20,000 nucleotides of DNA, taken from the NCBI GenBank assembly GCA_963843795.1, contig CAWJLW010000006.1, forward strand, positions 2,470,375 through 2,490,374. The letters run 5' to 3'. The DNA comes from an uncultured bacterium (GTDB lineage Bacteria; Armatimonadota; Abditibacteriia; Abditibacteriales; Abditibacteriaceae). The position numbers and the translations under genes are program-made. The notes under the pieces are model-generated. The model ran no database searches. It saw only the letters and a program-made list of their open reading frames with translations, and was not told where the DNA came from. This document shows, piece after piece, positions 9,715 through 20,000 of the stretch. The stretch's first letter is position 1, and each line of letters begins with the position of its first letter.

Positions 9715-9766
9715 AAAACGTAAAAACGCCCTCTGCAAGTACTTGCAGAGGGCGTTTTTACGTTTT
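9715..9766. terminator. 52-bp perfect palindrome, probable bidirectional intrinsic terminator, centred on the motif
   Basis: AAAACGTAAAAACGCCCTCTGCAAGT|ACTTGCAGAGGGCGTTTTTACGTTTT lies between convergent genes and gives T-tracts on both strands. Confidence 0.85.
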
Positions 9767-9832
9767 GACTTTTGAGAATGGGATTATAGGCCCGCACGCT
9801 ACAAATTGAAACTTGCTAGCGGCTTGGACTTT

Positions 9833-11671
9833 CTACAAAATCACGCCGCGCACCTCGCGAAAATCAATGTCGTTTTCGCGGCATTTATCGACAATTTCCT
9901 GCACCGCGCCATTGCCAATCGAAGGCATGGCAATCACAACTTCATCGACGTTGAATTTGCGCACCATATCGAGCAATTCTGAACGCGAACCCAACACTTG
10001 AATGCCATGAATTTTGGCGCGCTGTTTGAGCGGATCGTCGTCTAAGAATCCGACTGGCTGCAATTGCAAGCTTTGGTTAGAAAACATTTCGCGCACAGCC
10101 AGTTCGCCCGCATCGCCCGCACCGACAATCAAAACGCGGCGCAAACCGTCGCGCCATTTAAGCGCGAAATGATAGCGCAAAGTTTTCAAACCTAAACGCA
10201 CGCTCACCAAGGCAATACACAGCAAAGCTGCGTCGATAATCAGGGTTTCAGCAGCCAGTTTCGAGCGCGGCGCGACAATCAAAGCGATCAAAACGCCCGC
10301 GCCCAAGGTACCCGCTACGACGCCACGCACCGCAGCGCCGATATCGGAAATCGTCACATAGCGCCAGATTCCAGCATACAAGCCAACCCAGTAAAACGCC
10401 GCCATTTGACACGCGACCACATAGGGCCAGCATGACAACAACGCGCGCGTGTGATCTGTCATATCACCTTCGTATTGCAGCAAAAATGCGGCAATCAGGC
10501 AAACGCATACCAAACCGAAATCTAAGAACGCTTCTACAAAGCGCCGCTTGTGCATTGAAACGCGACTGAGCACAGTCTTATCGCCCTGCTCGCGGCGTTT
10601 TTGCTTGGCTTTTTCGTATTCCTCTTCGGCGTAAACCTGCACTTCGGCCAGAAAAACTGCGAACACCAATAAGGCGATCATCGACAAAATCGTGATAACG
10701 ATAGTCGCCAGTGGGCTGCGAATCATCGCTCCCCACAAAGCAATCGCACCGAACCACAGCGTAATGCCATATAAATAACAAACTGCGCTGCGCTCGGACA
10801 AGCCCAACATCACCAGGCGGTGCGAAGTGTGATCGCGCCCGCCCTGCGAAATCGGGCGTCCGTTCAAAAAGCGTACAATGGAAACAAAAGTCGTATCGAA
10901 AAGAGGTGTCGCGAGAGCCAAGGTGGGAATCAAAAGAGCGGTGAACAAGTTGCCGGAAAGCAAACGCGATTCGCCCATCAAAGTCAGACAACTGAGAGAA
11001 AAGCCTAGAAACATCGAGCCGCAATCGCCCATAAAGATGCGCGCCGGATTGAAGTTAAAAACCAGAAAACCTGCTGCTGCACCCGCAATGATCAAAGCGC
11101 CGAGAGCGACATTGGTATCGCCCACAACTCCGGCGTGCGCGGCCATCAAAAGCGCGACCAAAGTTGCGACGCCTGCCGATAGGCCGTCCATGTTGTCCAG
11201 CAGATTGAATGCGTTGGTAATTGCGGTAATCCAAATGACGGCGAACGGCATTAGCCACAGATACGTGGGCAGGCGCGCGCCATCGGGAATTGTGCCGTAA
11301 TAAATCGCGACAAAAGCGCAAGCGGCGATAATTTGCGCGATGAACTTGTGTGCGGGTCGCATCGGCTTGAAATCGTCCCACAAACCGACCGCAAAAATCC
11401 ACGTTGCACCAGTGGCCACACCTAAGAACGTACGTTTTTCGGGCAAGAAAAAGGCAGTGGCCAAAGCCACTGCGCCAAAAATTGCCACGCCGCCATACAG
11501 CGCCGTCGGCTTGGAATGCCAACGATCTGCCGAAGGCTTGGCCACCAAACCATATTTTCGTGTCGCCGCGATGACCAAAGGTGTCAACACTAAAGCCGCC
11601 ACAAAAGCGCCCAGACAGCCACCCAAAGCTGCCGGACGATGCTCCAGAAACCAGTTCCAGAAAATCGACAT
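9833..11671 (-). CDS. WecA/TagO (MraY-like GT4) undecaprenyl-phosphate sugar-1-phosphate transferase fused to a CapD/PglF-like TM + CoA-binding module
   Basis: Motifs GLWDD, TNAFNLLDNMDGL, FNFNPARIFMGDCGS, DTTFV..GGRDHTSHRL. C-terminal GLYAGIWRY, RRVLIVGAGDAGE, PVGFLDDDP, VDEVVIAMPS. ATG at 11671 has a purine-rich RBS. Confidence 0.85.
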   Translation of the reverse strand: MSIFWNWFLEHRPAALGGCLGAFVAALVLTPLVIAATRKYGLVAKPSADRWHSKPTALYGGVAIFGAVALATAFFLPEKRTFLGVATGATWIFAVGLWDDFKPMRPAHKFIAQIIAACAFVAIYYGTIPDGARLPTYLWLMPFAVIWITAITNAFNLLDNMDGLSAGVATLVALLMAAHAGVVGDTNVALGALIIAGAAAGFLVFNFNPARIFMGDCGSMFLGFSLSCLTLMGESRLLSGNLFTALLIPTLALATPLFDTTFVSIVRFLNGRPISQGGRDHTSHRLVMLGLSERSAVCYLYGITLWFGAIALWGAMIRSPLATIVITILSMIALLVFAVFLAEVQVYAEEEYEKAKQKRREQGDKTVLSRVSMHKRRFVEAFLDFGLVCVCLIAAFLLQYEGDMTDHTRALLSCWPYVVACQMAAFYWVGLYAGIWRYVTISDIGAAVRGVVAGTLGAGVLIALIVAPRSKLAAETLIIDAALLCIALVSVRLGLKTLRYHFALKWRDGLRRVLIVGAGDAGELAVREMFSNQSLQLQPVGFLDDDPLKQRAKIHGIQVLGSRSELLDMVRKFNVDEVVIAMPSIGNGAVQEIVDKCRENDIDFREVRGVIL

Positions 11672-12000
11672 AAGCCCTTCACTCCACAATTCGACAGATG
11701 CGCCGCCAACAACAATTCTCGCGCCGCAAACCACCAAATCCAAAACGGCCAAACGATGACCTTAATTTATCACATCAGAGACAACCATTTCAAAACTAAC
11801 GCGCCAAAATACACCTGCAAGTACTTGCAGGACACTCAAATCAGTAAATCAGCCGAATGGCGGCAAACGCTCTGCTACACTAATTGTTCAAACAAGTGTC
11901 CATTCACCACAGTGAATTCAACTCATTACAGCAATCAATTTCCGCCGCACAATTTGTCAATGTTTAGTCAACGACACTAAATTGTAGAAAAAGGTTTTTT

Positions 12001-12762
12001 ATGTCCAATCATTCCACGACAGTTCCCGTCAAGCCCACACAAGTTTATCCTTCAACCGAATCGGTCAACAAAGACAATCCGGAGCGCCAGTTCATCACAT
12101 TTTCGTTTTATCGCCTCGACCCGGCGTGGCGTCGTTTGTCGAAAGACGAGCAAGAAAAAGGCAAAGCCGAATGGCTTGAAGTCGTGCGCGAGTTCACCGA
12201 TGGGGGCACTATTGTCGTTCCGTATTCGTGCGTAGGTATTCGCGCTGACCACGATATTTTGTTGTGGCGCATCGACTACGACTTGGGACGTTTACAGCAG
12301 ATGCAGGCCGCTTTGTCGGGCACGGGGCTTGGCAAGTACTTGCTGCCCTCGCTGAGCTTTTTGTCGATGAGCAAACGCAGCGTTTACGTCGATAAAATCA
12401 ATCCCGACCACGACGACGAGCGCACAACCATCGCGCCCGGACGCGGCAAATATATCTTCGTTTATCCGTTCGTGAAAAGCCGCGACTGGTATTTGCTGCA
12501 CAAGCAAGCGCGTCAGGGCATCATGGACGAACATATTCAAATCGGCAATCAATTTCCTTCGGTGAAGCTGAACACAACTTACAGTTTCGGTTTGGACGAT
12601 CAAGATTTCGTGGTCGCATTTGAAGGCGACTTTCCCGAAGATTTTCTGGATTTGGTGATGGCACTGCGCGAAACCGAAAGCAGCAAATACACTGTGCGCG
12701 ACACGCCAATCATCACCGGAGTCAAAGGCACACAGGAAAGCATTTTGGAAACGCTGGGCTAA
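12001..12762 (+). CDS. chdC: Chlorite dismutase superfamily protein, probably coproheme decarboxylase (ChdC/HemQ)
   Basis: YPFVK..WYLL motif, proximal EH (MDEHIQIG) and SFGLDDQDFVV. By eye alignment, VKLNTT has Leu where true Cld has its catalytic Arg. Confidence 0.72.
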   Translation: MSNHSTTVPVKPTQVYPSTESVNKDNPERQFITFSFYRLDPAWRRLSKDEQEKGKAEWLEVVREFTDGGTIVVPYSCVGIRADHDILLWRIDYDLGRLQQMQAALSGTGLGKYLLPSLSFLSMSKRSVYVDKINPDHDDERTTIAPGRGKYIFVYPFVKSRDWYLLHKQARQGIMDEHIQIGNQFPSVKLNTTYSFGLDDQDFVVAFEGDFPEDFLDLVMALRETESSKYTVRDTPIITGVKGTQESILETLG

Positions 12763-12784
12763 AATCTGATGTTTTGATATTCTG

Positions 12785-12819
12785 AAAAGCCCGCTGCAAA
12801 TACCTGCAGCGGGCTTTTT
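12785..12819 (+). terminator. Intrinsic terminator whose stem-loop centre is a two-mismatch variant of the motif (GCAAATACCTGC)
   Basis: AAAAGCCCGCTGCA-AATACC-TGCAGCGGGCTTTTT begins about 22 nt after the chdC stop. Confidence 0.85.
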
Positions 12820-12844
12820 CGTTTCTGAACCGATTTACAAAATG

Positions 12845-12872
12845 TTGCGTTTACGAAAACGCGTTATAAAAT
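12845..12872 (+). promoter_or_regulatory. Possible sigma70-type promoter for tdh-kbl
   Basis: TTGCGT-16 nt-TAAAAT; pattern match only. Confidence 0.3.
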
Positions 12873-12903
12873 GCGGGCTGCGAGTTGCGCAGAGCCATAA
12901 GCG

Positions 12904-12923
12904 CGTGGCAAGTACTTGCCACG
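12904..12923. repeat. 20-bp perfect palindrome around the motif, upstream of tdh
   Basis: CGTGGCAAGTACTTGCCACG, ending about 46 nt before the tdh ATG. Confidence 0.8.
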
Positions 12924-12969
12924 TGCTAATTTGGTAATCTTCATTAGCAGTAGTCAGGAAGGAGCAAAA

Positions 12970-13999
<1,030 letters not shown>

Positions 14000-14022
14000 G
14001 CTTTCAACCAGATTTCAAAAAT

Positions 14023-15241
14023 ATGTCAACTTACACTCGTTTCGAAAATTATCTCACGACACAACTCGACGAAATTCGCGCAGCGGGAACGTTCAAAAAC
14101 GAGCGCCGCATCGACTCGCCGCAAGACGCGCATATCGAAGTCAACGGCAAAACCGTTCTGAACATGTGCGCCAACAATTATCTGGGCTTGGCCGAAGACC
14201 CGCAAGTGCTTGCAGCGGCCAAAAAGGCGTTGGACGATTGGGGCTACGGCTTGGCCAGCGTGCGTTTCATCTGCGGCACGCAGCAAATTCACACGCAACT
14301 CGAAAACAAAATGTCGGAATTTTTGGCACGGAGGACACGATTTTCTATTCTTCGTGTTTCGACGCCAACGGCGGCTTGTTCGAAACTTTGCTCGGGCCCG
14401 AAGACGCGATTATTTCCGACGCGCTTGAACCACGCTTCGATTATCGACGGCATGCGTTTGTGCAAGGCCAAGCGTTTTCGCTACGCCAACAACGACATGG
14501 CCGAACTGGAAGCGCAGCCTCATCGAAGCCAAAGACGCGCGTTTTCGTTTGATCGCCACCGATGGCGTGTTTTCGATGGACGGCATAATCGCCGACCTGA
14601 AAACCATCTGCGATTTGGCCGACAAATACGACGCGATGGTGATGGTCGACGATTCGCACGCCGTCGGTTTCATGGGCGCGCACGGTCGCGGCACGCACGA
14701 ACTGTGCGACGTGATGGGCCGCGTCGATATTATCACCGGCACTCTGGGCAAAGCCTTGGGCGGCGCGAGCGGCGGCTACACTTCGGGCCGCAAAGAAATC
14801 ATCGAATTGCTGCGCCAGCGTTCGCGCCCGTATCTGTTTTCCAACTCATTGGCGCCGATGATCGCCGCGACCTCGCTGCAAGTACTTGCCATGCTCGAAT
14901 CGCCCGATTTGCGCGACAAATTGGAGGACAACACCAAGTTTTTCCGCGCAGAAATCGTAAAACTTGGCTACACCATCGTCGAAAGCACGCACCCGATTGT
15001 GCCGATTATGCTGGGCGACGCGGCTCTGGCAGCGCGCATCGCCGATGCTTTGCTCGAACGCGGCGTTTACGTGATTGGCTTTTCGTATCCGGTCGTGCCG
15101 CAAGGCAAAGCGCGCATTCGCGTGCAAATTTCCGCCGCGCACTCGCGCGAAGATATGGAAACCGCGCTGCAAGCCTTCAGCGGTGTGAAATATCTGCTCG
15201 ATGAACATGCCGCAGCGAATTCCGAAGCGGTTGCAGCATAA
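14023..15241 (+). CDS. kbl: Glycine C-acetyltransferase (2-amino-3-ketobutyrate CoA ligase), split by three apparent frameshifts (sequencing error or pseudogene)
   Basis: [51 protein letters not shown], the PLP lysine in GTLGKALGG, and [11 protein letters not shown] are spread over three frames, with shifts near 14325, 14425 and 14518. Confidence 0.9.
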
Positions 15242-15313
15242 TTCGCAACTAAAACCCATTGTAATCGCGTAATCGTCGCTTCTGTCATTGCGAGTTACCG
15301 AAAATCAAACTAC

Positions 15314-15349
15314 AAAAAGCGCGCTGCAAGTACTTGCAGCGCGCTTTTT
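15314..15349. terminator. 36-bp perfect palindrome, bidirectional terminator between kbl and gap, centred on the motif
   Basis: AAAAAGCGCGCTGCAAGT|ACTTGCAGCGCGCTTTTT. Confidence 0.88.
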
Positions 15350-15368
15350 CGGTTGGTGCGAACTTGGT

Positions 15369-16385
15369 TTACAGACCGCGTTCGGCCATGTAGTTGATCA
15401 AGTCGGCGACGCGGCAGGAATAGCCCCACTCGTTGTCGTACCAGCTCAAAACTTTCAGCAGGTTGTCGCCCAAAACCATGGTGTTGGGTGCATCGACAAT
15501 CGAAGAAAGGCTGTTGCCTTTGTAATCGACCGAAACCAGCTCTTCGTCTTCGATACCCAGAATTCCCTTCATCGGGCCAGCGGCGGCGGCGCGGAACGCG
15601 TCGTTGACGGCTTCGGCAGTGACAGATTGTCCGGTATTAACAACCAAGTCAACCAGAGAAACCGTCGCGGTCGGAACGCGCAGCGACATGCCGTGCATTT
15701 TGCCCGTGAGTTCGGGGATCACGAGAGAAATCGCTTTGGCGGCGCCAGTTGAAGTCGGAATGATATTCATCGCAGCGGCACGGGCGCGGCGCAGATCTTC
15801 GTGAACTTGGTCGGCGATTTTCTGATCGTTAGTATAGGAATGAATCGTGTTCATCAAACCTTTTTCGATGCCGAAGTTGTCCAAAATGACTTTGGCAATC
15901 GGAGCCAGACAGTTGGTCGTGCAGCTCGCGTTCGAGATGACGGTGTGCTTGGCGGGATCATAAAGTTCGTTGTTGACGCCCATCACAAAAGTCGCGTCTT
16001 CGTTTTTGGCCGGAGCCGAAATCACGACTTTCTTGGCGCCGCCCGAATCGACGTGAGCGCGCGCTTTGTTGGCGTCGGTGAAGAAGCCGGTCGATTCGAC
16101 AACGACATCAACGCCAACATCGCCCCATTTCAGAGCGGCAGGGTCGCGTTCTTTGAACACTTTCACAGCTTCACCATTAACAATGAAACCGTCGTCGGTG
16201 ACTTCGATTGTGCCGGGGAAAGCGCCGTAGTTAGAATCGTGCTTCAATAAATGAGCGTTAGTTTTGGGGTCTGACAAATCGTTAATAGCGACAATATCAA
16301 TGCTATCGCCATATTTTTCTGTGATCGCGCGAAACGTAATGCGACCGATGCGTCCAAATCCGTTAATACCGACTTTCACTGCCAT
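15369..16385 (-). CDS. gap: Type I glyceraldehyde-3-phosphate dehydrogenase
   Basis: [30 protein letters not shown] and WYDNEWGYS motifs. GGAGG RBS (16396-16400) lies upstream of the ATG at 16385. Confidence 0.98.
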   Translation of the reverse strand: MAVKVGINGFGRIGRITFRAITEKYGDSIDIVAINDLSDPKTNAHLLKHDSNYGAFPGTIEVTDDGFIVNGEAVKVFKERDPAALKWGDVGVDVVVESTGFFTDANKARAHVDSGGAKKVVISAPAKNEDATFVMGVNNELYDPAKHTVISNASCTTNCLAPIAKVILDNFGIEKGLMNTIHSYTNDQKIADQVHEDLRRARAAAMNIIPTSTGAAKAISLVIPELTGKMHGMSLRVPTATVSLVDLVVNTGQSVTAEAVNDAFRAAAAGPMKGILGIEDEELVSVDYKGNSLSSIVDAPNTMVLGDNLLKVLSWYDNEWGYSCRVADLINYMAERGL

Positions 16386-16520
16386 ATTAAATTGGCCTCC
16401 AGAGTTTTTGACATACATGAACAGTTGCGAGTCCGTCATATTCCCGCGTCGCCGCTTCATGTTTCCCTGCAAATTATAACGAAATAGTCAGCAATAAGCA
16501 CGTCTCCGCTGCTTGTCGCT

Positions 16521-17450
16521 CTAAACCACAATGCAACCTTCGCTATCCAATTTCAATTCCAGCGCGCGTCCTACAATCCCCGCCTCGCGCATCGTGTTTT
16601 CAATGCGTGCAAGTACTTGCAGCGCGTTCGCGTCGGGATGAAGCCAGATTAAAACCGTCGGGCCAGCACCCGAAATCGTGACGCCCAAACAGTGTTCGTT
16701 GTCTCCCAATGATTTTTTTAAAATGCCAAAAGCAGGAATCAAACGGGCGCGCTGATTTTGATGCAAACGATCTTGCAGCGCGACCGGCAATTGTTGCCAA
16801 TCGGCATTTTGCAAACTGGCTAAGAGAAAAGCGGTCGCGCTGAGATTAAAAATCGTATCGGCGCGCGAAACTTCTTGCGGCAAAACCTTCCGCGCGGCTT
16901 TAGTTTCCAGTTGCGCTTCGGGAATGAAAACTACGAATTGTGGGTTAGTTTTGATTGCGAATTGAGAAGCGCAGAACGTATGATTTTCGGTTGTCATCGA
17001 AACCGTCAGGCCGCCCAGAAGCGCGGCGGCGACGTTATCGGGATGGCCTTCCAATTCGCTTGCCAATCGCAACAGTTCATCGCGCGTAGCGCTTTTGCGA
17101 TATTGATTTTCCAGCCACGCATTCGCAGCTACTAAAGCGCCCACGCGCGCCGCCGAACTGGAACCCAAGCCGCGCGCGAAAGGAATTTCGTTTTCCAAGT
17201 ACAGATGAATCGGCGGCAAATCGAGCTGCAAGTACTTGCATAAGTGCTGCACGGCAACGAACGCGATATTATTTTCCAGTGCGCCCAGATTATCGGCGCT
17301 TTGGCCAGTGGCAGTGATTTGATGTTGATTAGTAGAAGAACTGGAAACTGAAACGTGATTATAAAGTTGCAGCGCCAGACCCAAGCAATCGAAGCCGGGG
17401 CCGAGATTGGCGCTGGAAGCGGGCACGCGCGCACGAAAGGTTTTATTCAT
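16521..17450 (-). CDS. thrB: Homoserine kinase (GHMP family)
   Basis: PASSANLGPGFDCLGLAL, IPFARGLGSSSAA, EGHPDNVAAA and ISGAGPT motifs. Confidence 0.95.
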   Translation of the reverse strand: MNKTFRARVPASSANLGPGFDCLGLALQLYNHVSVSSSSTNQHQITATGQSADNLGALENNIAFVAVQHLCKYLQLDLPPIHLYLENEIPFARGLGSSSAARVGALVAANAWLENQYRKSATRDELLRLASELEGHPDNVAAALLGGLTVSMTTENHTFCASQFAIKTNPQFVVFIPEAQLETKAARKVLPQEVSRADTIFNLSATAFLLASLQNADWQQLPVALQDRLHQNQRARLIPAFGILKKSLGDNEHCLGVTISGAGPTVLIWLHPDANALQVLARIENTMREAGIVGRALELKLDSEGCIVV

Positions 17451-17629
17451 GAAAAGTAATTAATCATAAACCAACCCTGATGCAAAATAAAATCAGCGCG
17501 CGCAAGTACTTGCAGTGGTTTTACGACCAGCATTCTGGTGAGGCGCACAGTGGCAAGCGCAACTGCTTTTCGCATCTTTTGTCTACGCTTGTGCTGTTTA
17601 TTTTGAAATCGCAACAGAAAAATCGTATT

Positions 17630-18319
17630 ATGTTCCAGCTTCTTTTCTTCAAAAATCTATTTATCAAGCGTGCTGTGTTATGCTGCAGCACTCTGTTTTT
17701 CGTGGCAGTTGCGCCCGGCGCGCGCGCCATGCCTGCGCCCGATGCTCTGGCTCCTAAAAGCGATGCGCCCAGAGTGGAAGAATCGAAAAACGAAGTGGTC
17801 ACGCCCAACCCACAAGGTGCAGCAGGAGCAGCAGGAGCCGATGAAGACAATGTCGAGAGCGCGGCGGCCAAAGCGCCGAAAAGTGCCGAGGAAAAAGCGC
17901 GCGTAGCCCAGATGCAGGAAGAACGCCGCCGTCAGCGCAGCCAGCGCGAAGCCGAATTGCGCGAACTGTTAATGGGCTATGGTATCGCCGAACGCATGCC
18001 GCAAGACGAAATCATTCGCTATATCGCGCATCAAACTCAAGTCAACGAAAAATTGCAGCGCAAAGGTGCCGAACTTTACAACGCGTTGCGCGACAACAGC
18101 ATCAGCGAAGATCGCGTTTATCAATTGTTGACCGCTTATCGTCTGACTTTGGCGCGCAACCGCGAAAGCCGCCAGAAAGATGAAGACCAGTTAAACGAGC
18201 GCATCAGTTTTCGGAATCAGCCGCGTTTGGCAGCTCTATTGGAATTGGCGGGCATTATTGGTGATGGGCCGCTAAACTTGCCGCCGCCCGATAAGCGCGC
18301 CGACAACGCATCACGCTGA
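17630..18319 (+). CDS. Hypothetical secreted helical protein
   Basis: Signal-peptide-like KRAVLCCSTLFFVAVAPGARA, then an Ala/Pro/Glu-rich linker and charged helical segments. The start is uncertain (ATG at 17630 preferred over 17480). Confidence 0.7.
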   Translation: MFQLLFFKNLFIKRAVLCCSTLFFVAVAPGARAMPAPDALAPKSDAPRVEESKNEVVTPNPQGAAGAAGADEDNVESAAAKAPKSAEEKARVAQMQEERRRQRSQREAELRELLMGYGIAERMPQDEIIRYIAHQTQVNEKLQRKGAELYNALRDNSISEDRVYQLLTAYRLTLARNRESRQKDEDQLNERISFRNQPRLAALLELAGIIGDGPLNLPPPDKRADNASR

Positions 18320-18336
18320 AAATCTGATGCACGCTA

Positions 18337-18370
18337 CAAACCGCTTTGCAAGTACTTGCAAAGCGGTTTG
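18337..18370. terminator. 34-bp perfect palindrome centred on the motif, probable terminator
   Basis: CAAACCGCTTTGCAAGT|ACTTGCAAAGCGGTTTG is followed by a T-rich tail and lies between co-directional genes. Confidence 0.7.
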
Positions 18371-18396
18371 ATTAGTTTTGGTAAAGGAAATTTTTC

Positions 18397-19884
18397 ATGA
18401 ACGAGCAGTTCGAGAACATCGTTGACGACAATATCGCTGAAGGCCCGTTTGAACCCTCGTGGGAATCGCTGTCAAATTATCAGTGCCCCGATTGGTTTCG
18501 CGATGCCAAATTTGGTATTTGGGCGCACTGGGGGCCGCAAAGCGTGCCAATGTTCGGCGATTGGTACGCCAAGCATATGTATGAGCAGGACGGGCCGCAC
18601 GGACAATATGCTCATCACGTCGAGAAGTTTGGCCATCCGTCGCAGTTCGGCATGAAAGATATTTTTCCACTGTGGACCGCAGAAAAGTTCGATCCCGAAG
18701 CCTTGATGGAATTATTTGTCGAGGCAGGCGCGCGTTACTTTGTTTCCATGGGCGTGCATCACGATAATTTCGATTTGTGGAATTCACAACACACGCGCTG
18801 GAACGCGGTGAACATGGGACCAAAGCGCGATATTTTAGCCGCTTGGCAGTCCGCCGCGAAAAAGCACGATTTGCCATTTGGAGTTTCCGAACATTTGGCG
18901 GCAAGTTTCACCTGGTGGCAAACCAGTCACGGCACCGATAACACTGGCGATTTCGCGGGAGTTCCATATGATGGAAATGACCCGCAGTATGAAGATTTGT
19001 ATCATCGCTTGGCCGCGCCAGGTGACAATGCATGGTATTCCAACGATCCGCAATGGGCGTGCGATTGGTACCGGCGCATTCGCGATTTGCTCGATCAATA
19101 CCAGCCAGACTTGCTATATTCCGATGGCGCGCTGCCATTCGGCAAAGTCGGATTGACGATGTTGGCGCATTTTTACAATTCTAATATTGAACAGCACAAT
19201 GGAAAGTTGGAAGCGGTTTACAATTTGAAAGACTGGAGTCAGCGGCCCGGACATGGCGACTTCCGCGAAGGCATCGGTGTGCAAGACGTAGAACGTGGCG
19301 GCCTGTCACAGATTAACGATGCGCCCTGGCAAACTGATACTTCCATTGGCGACTGGTTCTACAACCAGAATTGGCAAGCCAACGATACCGGAACAATGTA
19401 TCGTGGTGCGCCTTGGGTAATTCGAAACATGGTCGATATGGTGAGCAAAAACGGCAATATGCTCTTGAACGTGATTCAGCGCCCGGATGGTTCGCTAGAT
19501 GAAGAAGTGCAGCAATTGCTCAGTGAAGTCGGCGTATGGATGAAAATCAACGGTGAGGCAATTTACCAAACGCGCCCCTGGCGCATTTACGGCGAAGGCG
19601 ATACCGAAGTTGAAGAAGGTGCTTTCAAGGAAGATTTCTCTTTCAGCGCTGCTGATATTCGTTTCACGCAAGCCAAAGACCAAAGTGCACTTTATGCTAT
19701 CGCCCTGGGCTGGCCTGCAAGTGGAAAATTGCACATCAAAGCACTGGCCCGGGAAACCATCAACAGCGTGAACCTGCTAGGGCACAATGGCGAACTCGCT
19801 TTCGAGCAAAACGCCGATGGCTTGATGGTAACTTTGCCCCAAACGCCGCTGAGCACAGTGGCTTGCAGTTTGAAAATTACGTGA
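18397..19884 (+). CDS. Alpha-L-fucosidase, GH29
   Basis: PSWESL..PDWFRDAKFGIWAHWG, HHDNFDLWNS, LLYSDG (nucleophile region), VSKNGNMLLNV and GEAIYQTRPW motifs. No signal peptide seen. AAGGA RBS. Confidence 0.93.
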   Translation: MNEQFENIVDDNIAEGPFEPSWESLSNYQCPDWFRDAKFGIWAHWGPQSVPMFGDWYAKHMYEQDGPHGQYAHHVEKFGHPSQFGMKDIFPLWTAEKFDPEALMELFVEAGARYFVSMGVHHDNFDLWNSQHTRWNAVNMGPKRDILAAWQSAAKKHDLPFGVSEHLAASFTWWQTSHGTDNTGDFAGVPYDGNDPQYEDLYHRLAAPGDNAWYSNDPQWACDWYRRIRDLLDQYQPDLLYSDGALPFGKVGLTMLAHFYNSNIEQHNGKLEAVYNLKDWSQRPGHGDFREGIGVQDVERGGLSQINDAPWQTDTSIGDWFYNQNWQANDTGTMYRGAPWVIRNMVDMVSKNGNMLLNVIQRPDGSLDEEVQQLLSEVGVWMKINGEAIYQTRPWRIYGEGDTEVEEGAFKEDFSFSAADIRFTQAKDQSALYAIALGWPASGKLHIKALARETINSVNLLGHNGELAFEQNADGLMVTLPQTPLSTVACSLKIT

Positions 19885-19916
19885 GCAGCCGATCTATGCT
19901 GTAACTTTGAGTTCAT

Positions 19917-19946
19917 GAAGCGCTGCAAGTACTTGCAGGTGCTTTC
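19917..19946 (+). terminator. Imperfect hairpin around the motif, downstream of the fucosidase gene
   Basis: GAAGCG-CTGCAAGTACTTGCAG-GTGCTTTC. Confidence 0.45.
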
Positions 19947-20000
19947 GCGGTAAATATGAAATGATAAAACTTTTCTTATTAATTTTGCTTGCCTGTGTAG

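Noticed and set aside
12001..12762. Functional chlorite dismutase
   Set aside because: The distal catalytic Arg appears to be replaced by Leu, and there is no chlorate-reduction context.

Overview
Bacterial chromosomal window with about 15 genes. In order: a partial secreted/outer-membrane protein, a ThuA-like protein, a proline racemase-family (4-hydroxyproline epimerase-like) enzyme, a CHAD protein, a three-gene TPR-FG-GAP-ASPIC/UnbV + ASPIC/UnbV + UnbU/RnfD-like operon, a WecA/MraY-like transferase fused to a CapD/PglF-like N-terminal module, a ChdC/HemQ-type protein, frameshifted tdh-kbl, gap, thrB, a secreted hypothetical protein and a GH29 fucosidase. The most striking signal is not a gene. 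The palindrome GCAAGTACTTGC (extended form TGCAAGTACTTGCA) occurs 18 times exactly, plus at least 5 near-copies, which is about one per kb. It is present in most intergenic regions, at the centre of long perfect terminator-like palindromes, and inside unrelated genes where it is read as QVLA or KYL. This pattern resembles cyanobacterial HIP1 or DNA-uptake sequences, but I do not recognise the motif as a described element. All counts are by eye.
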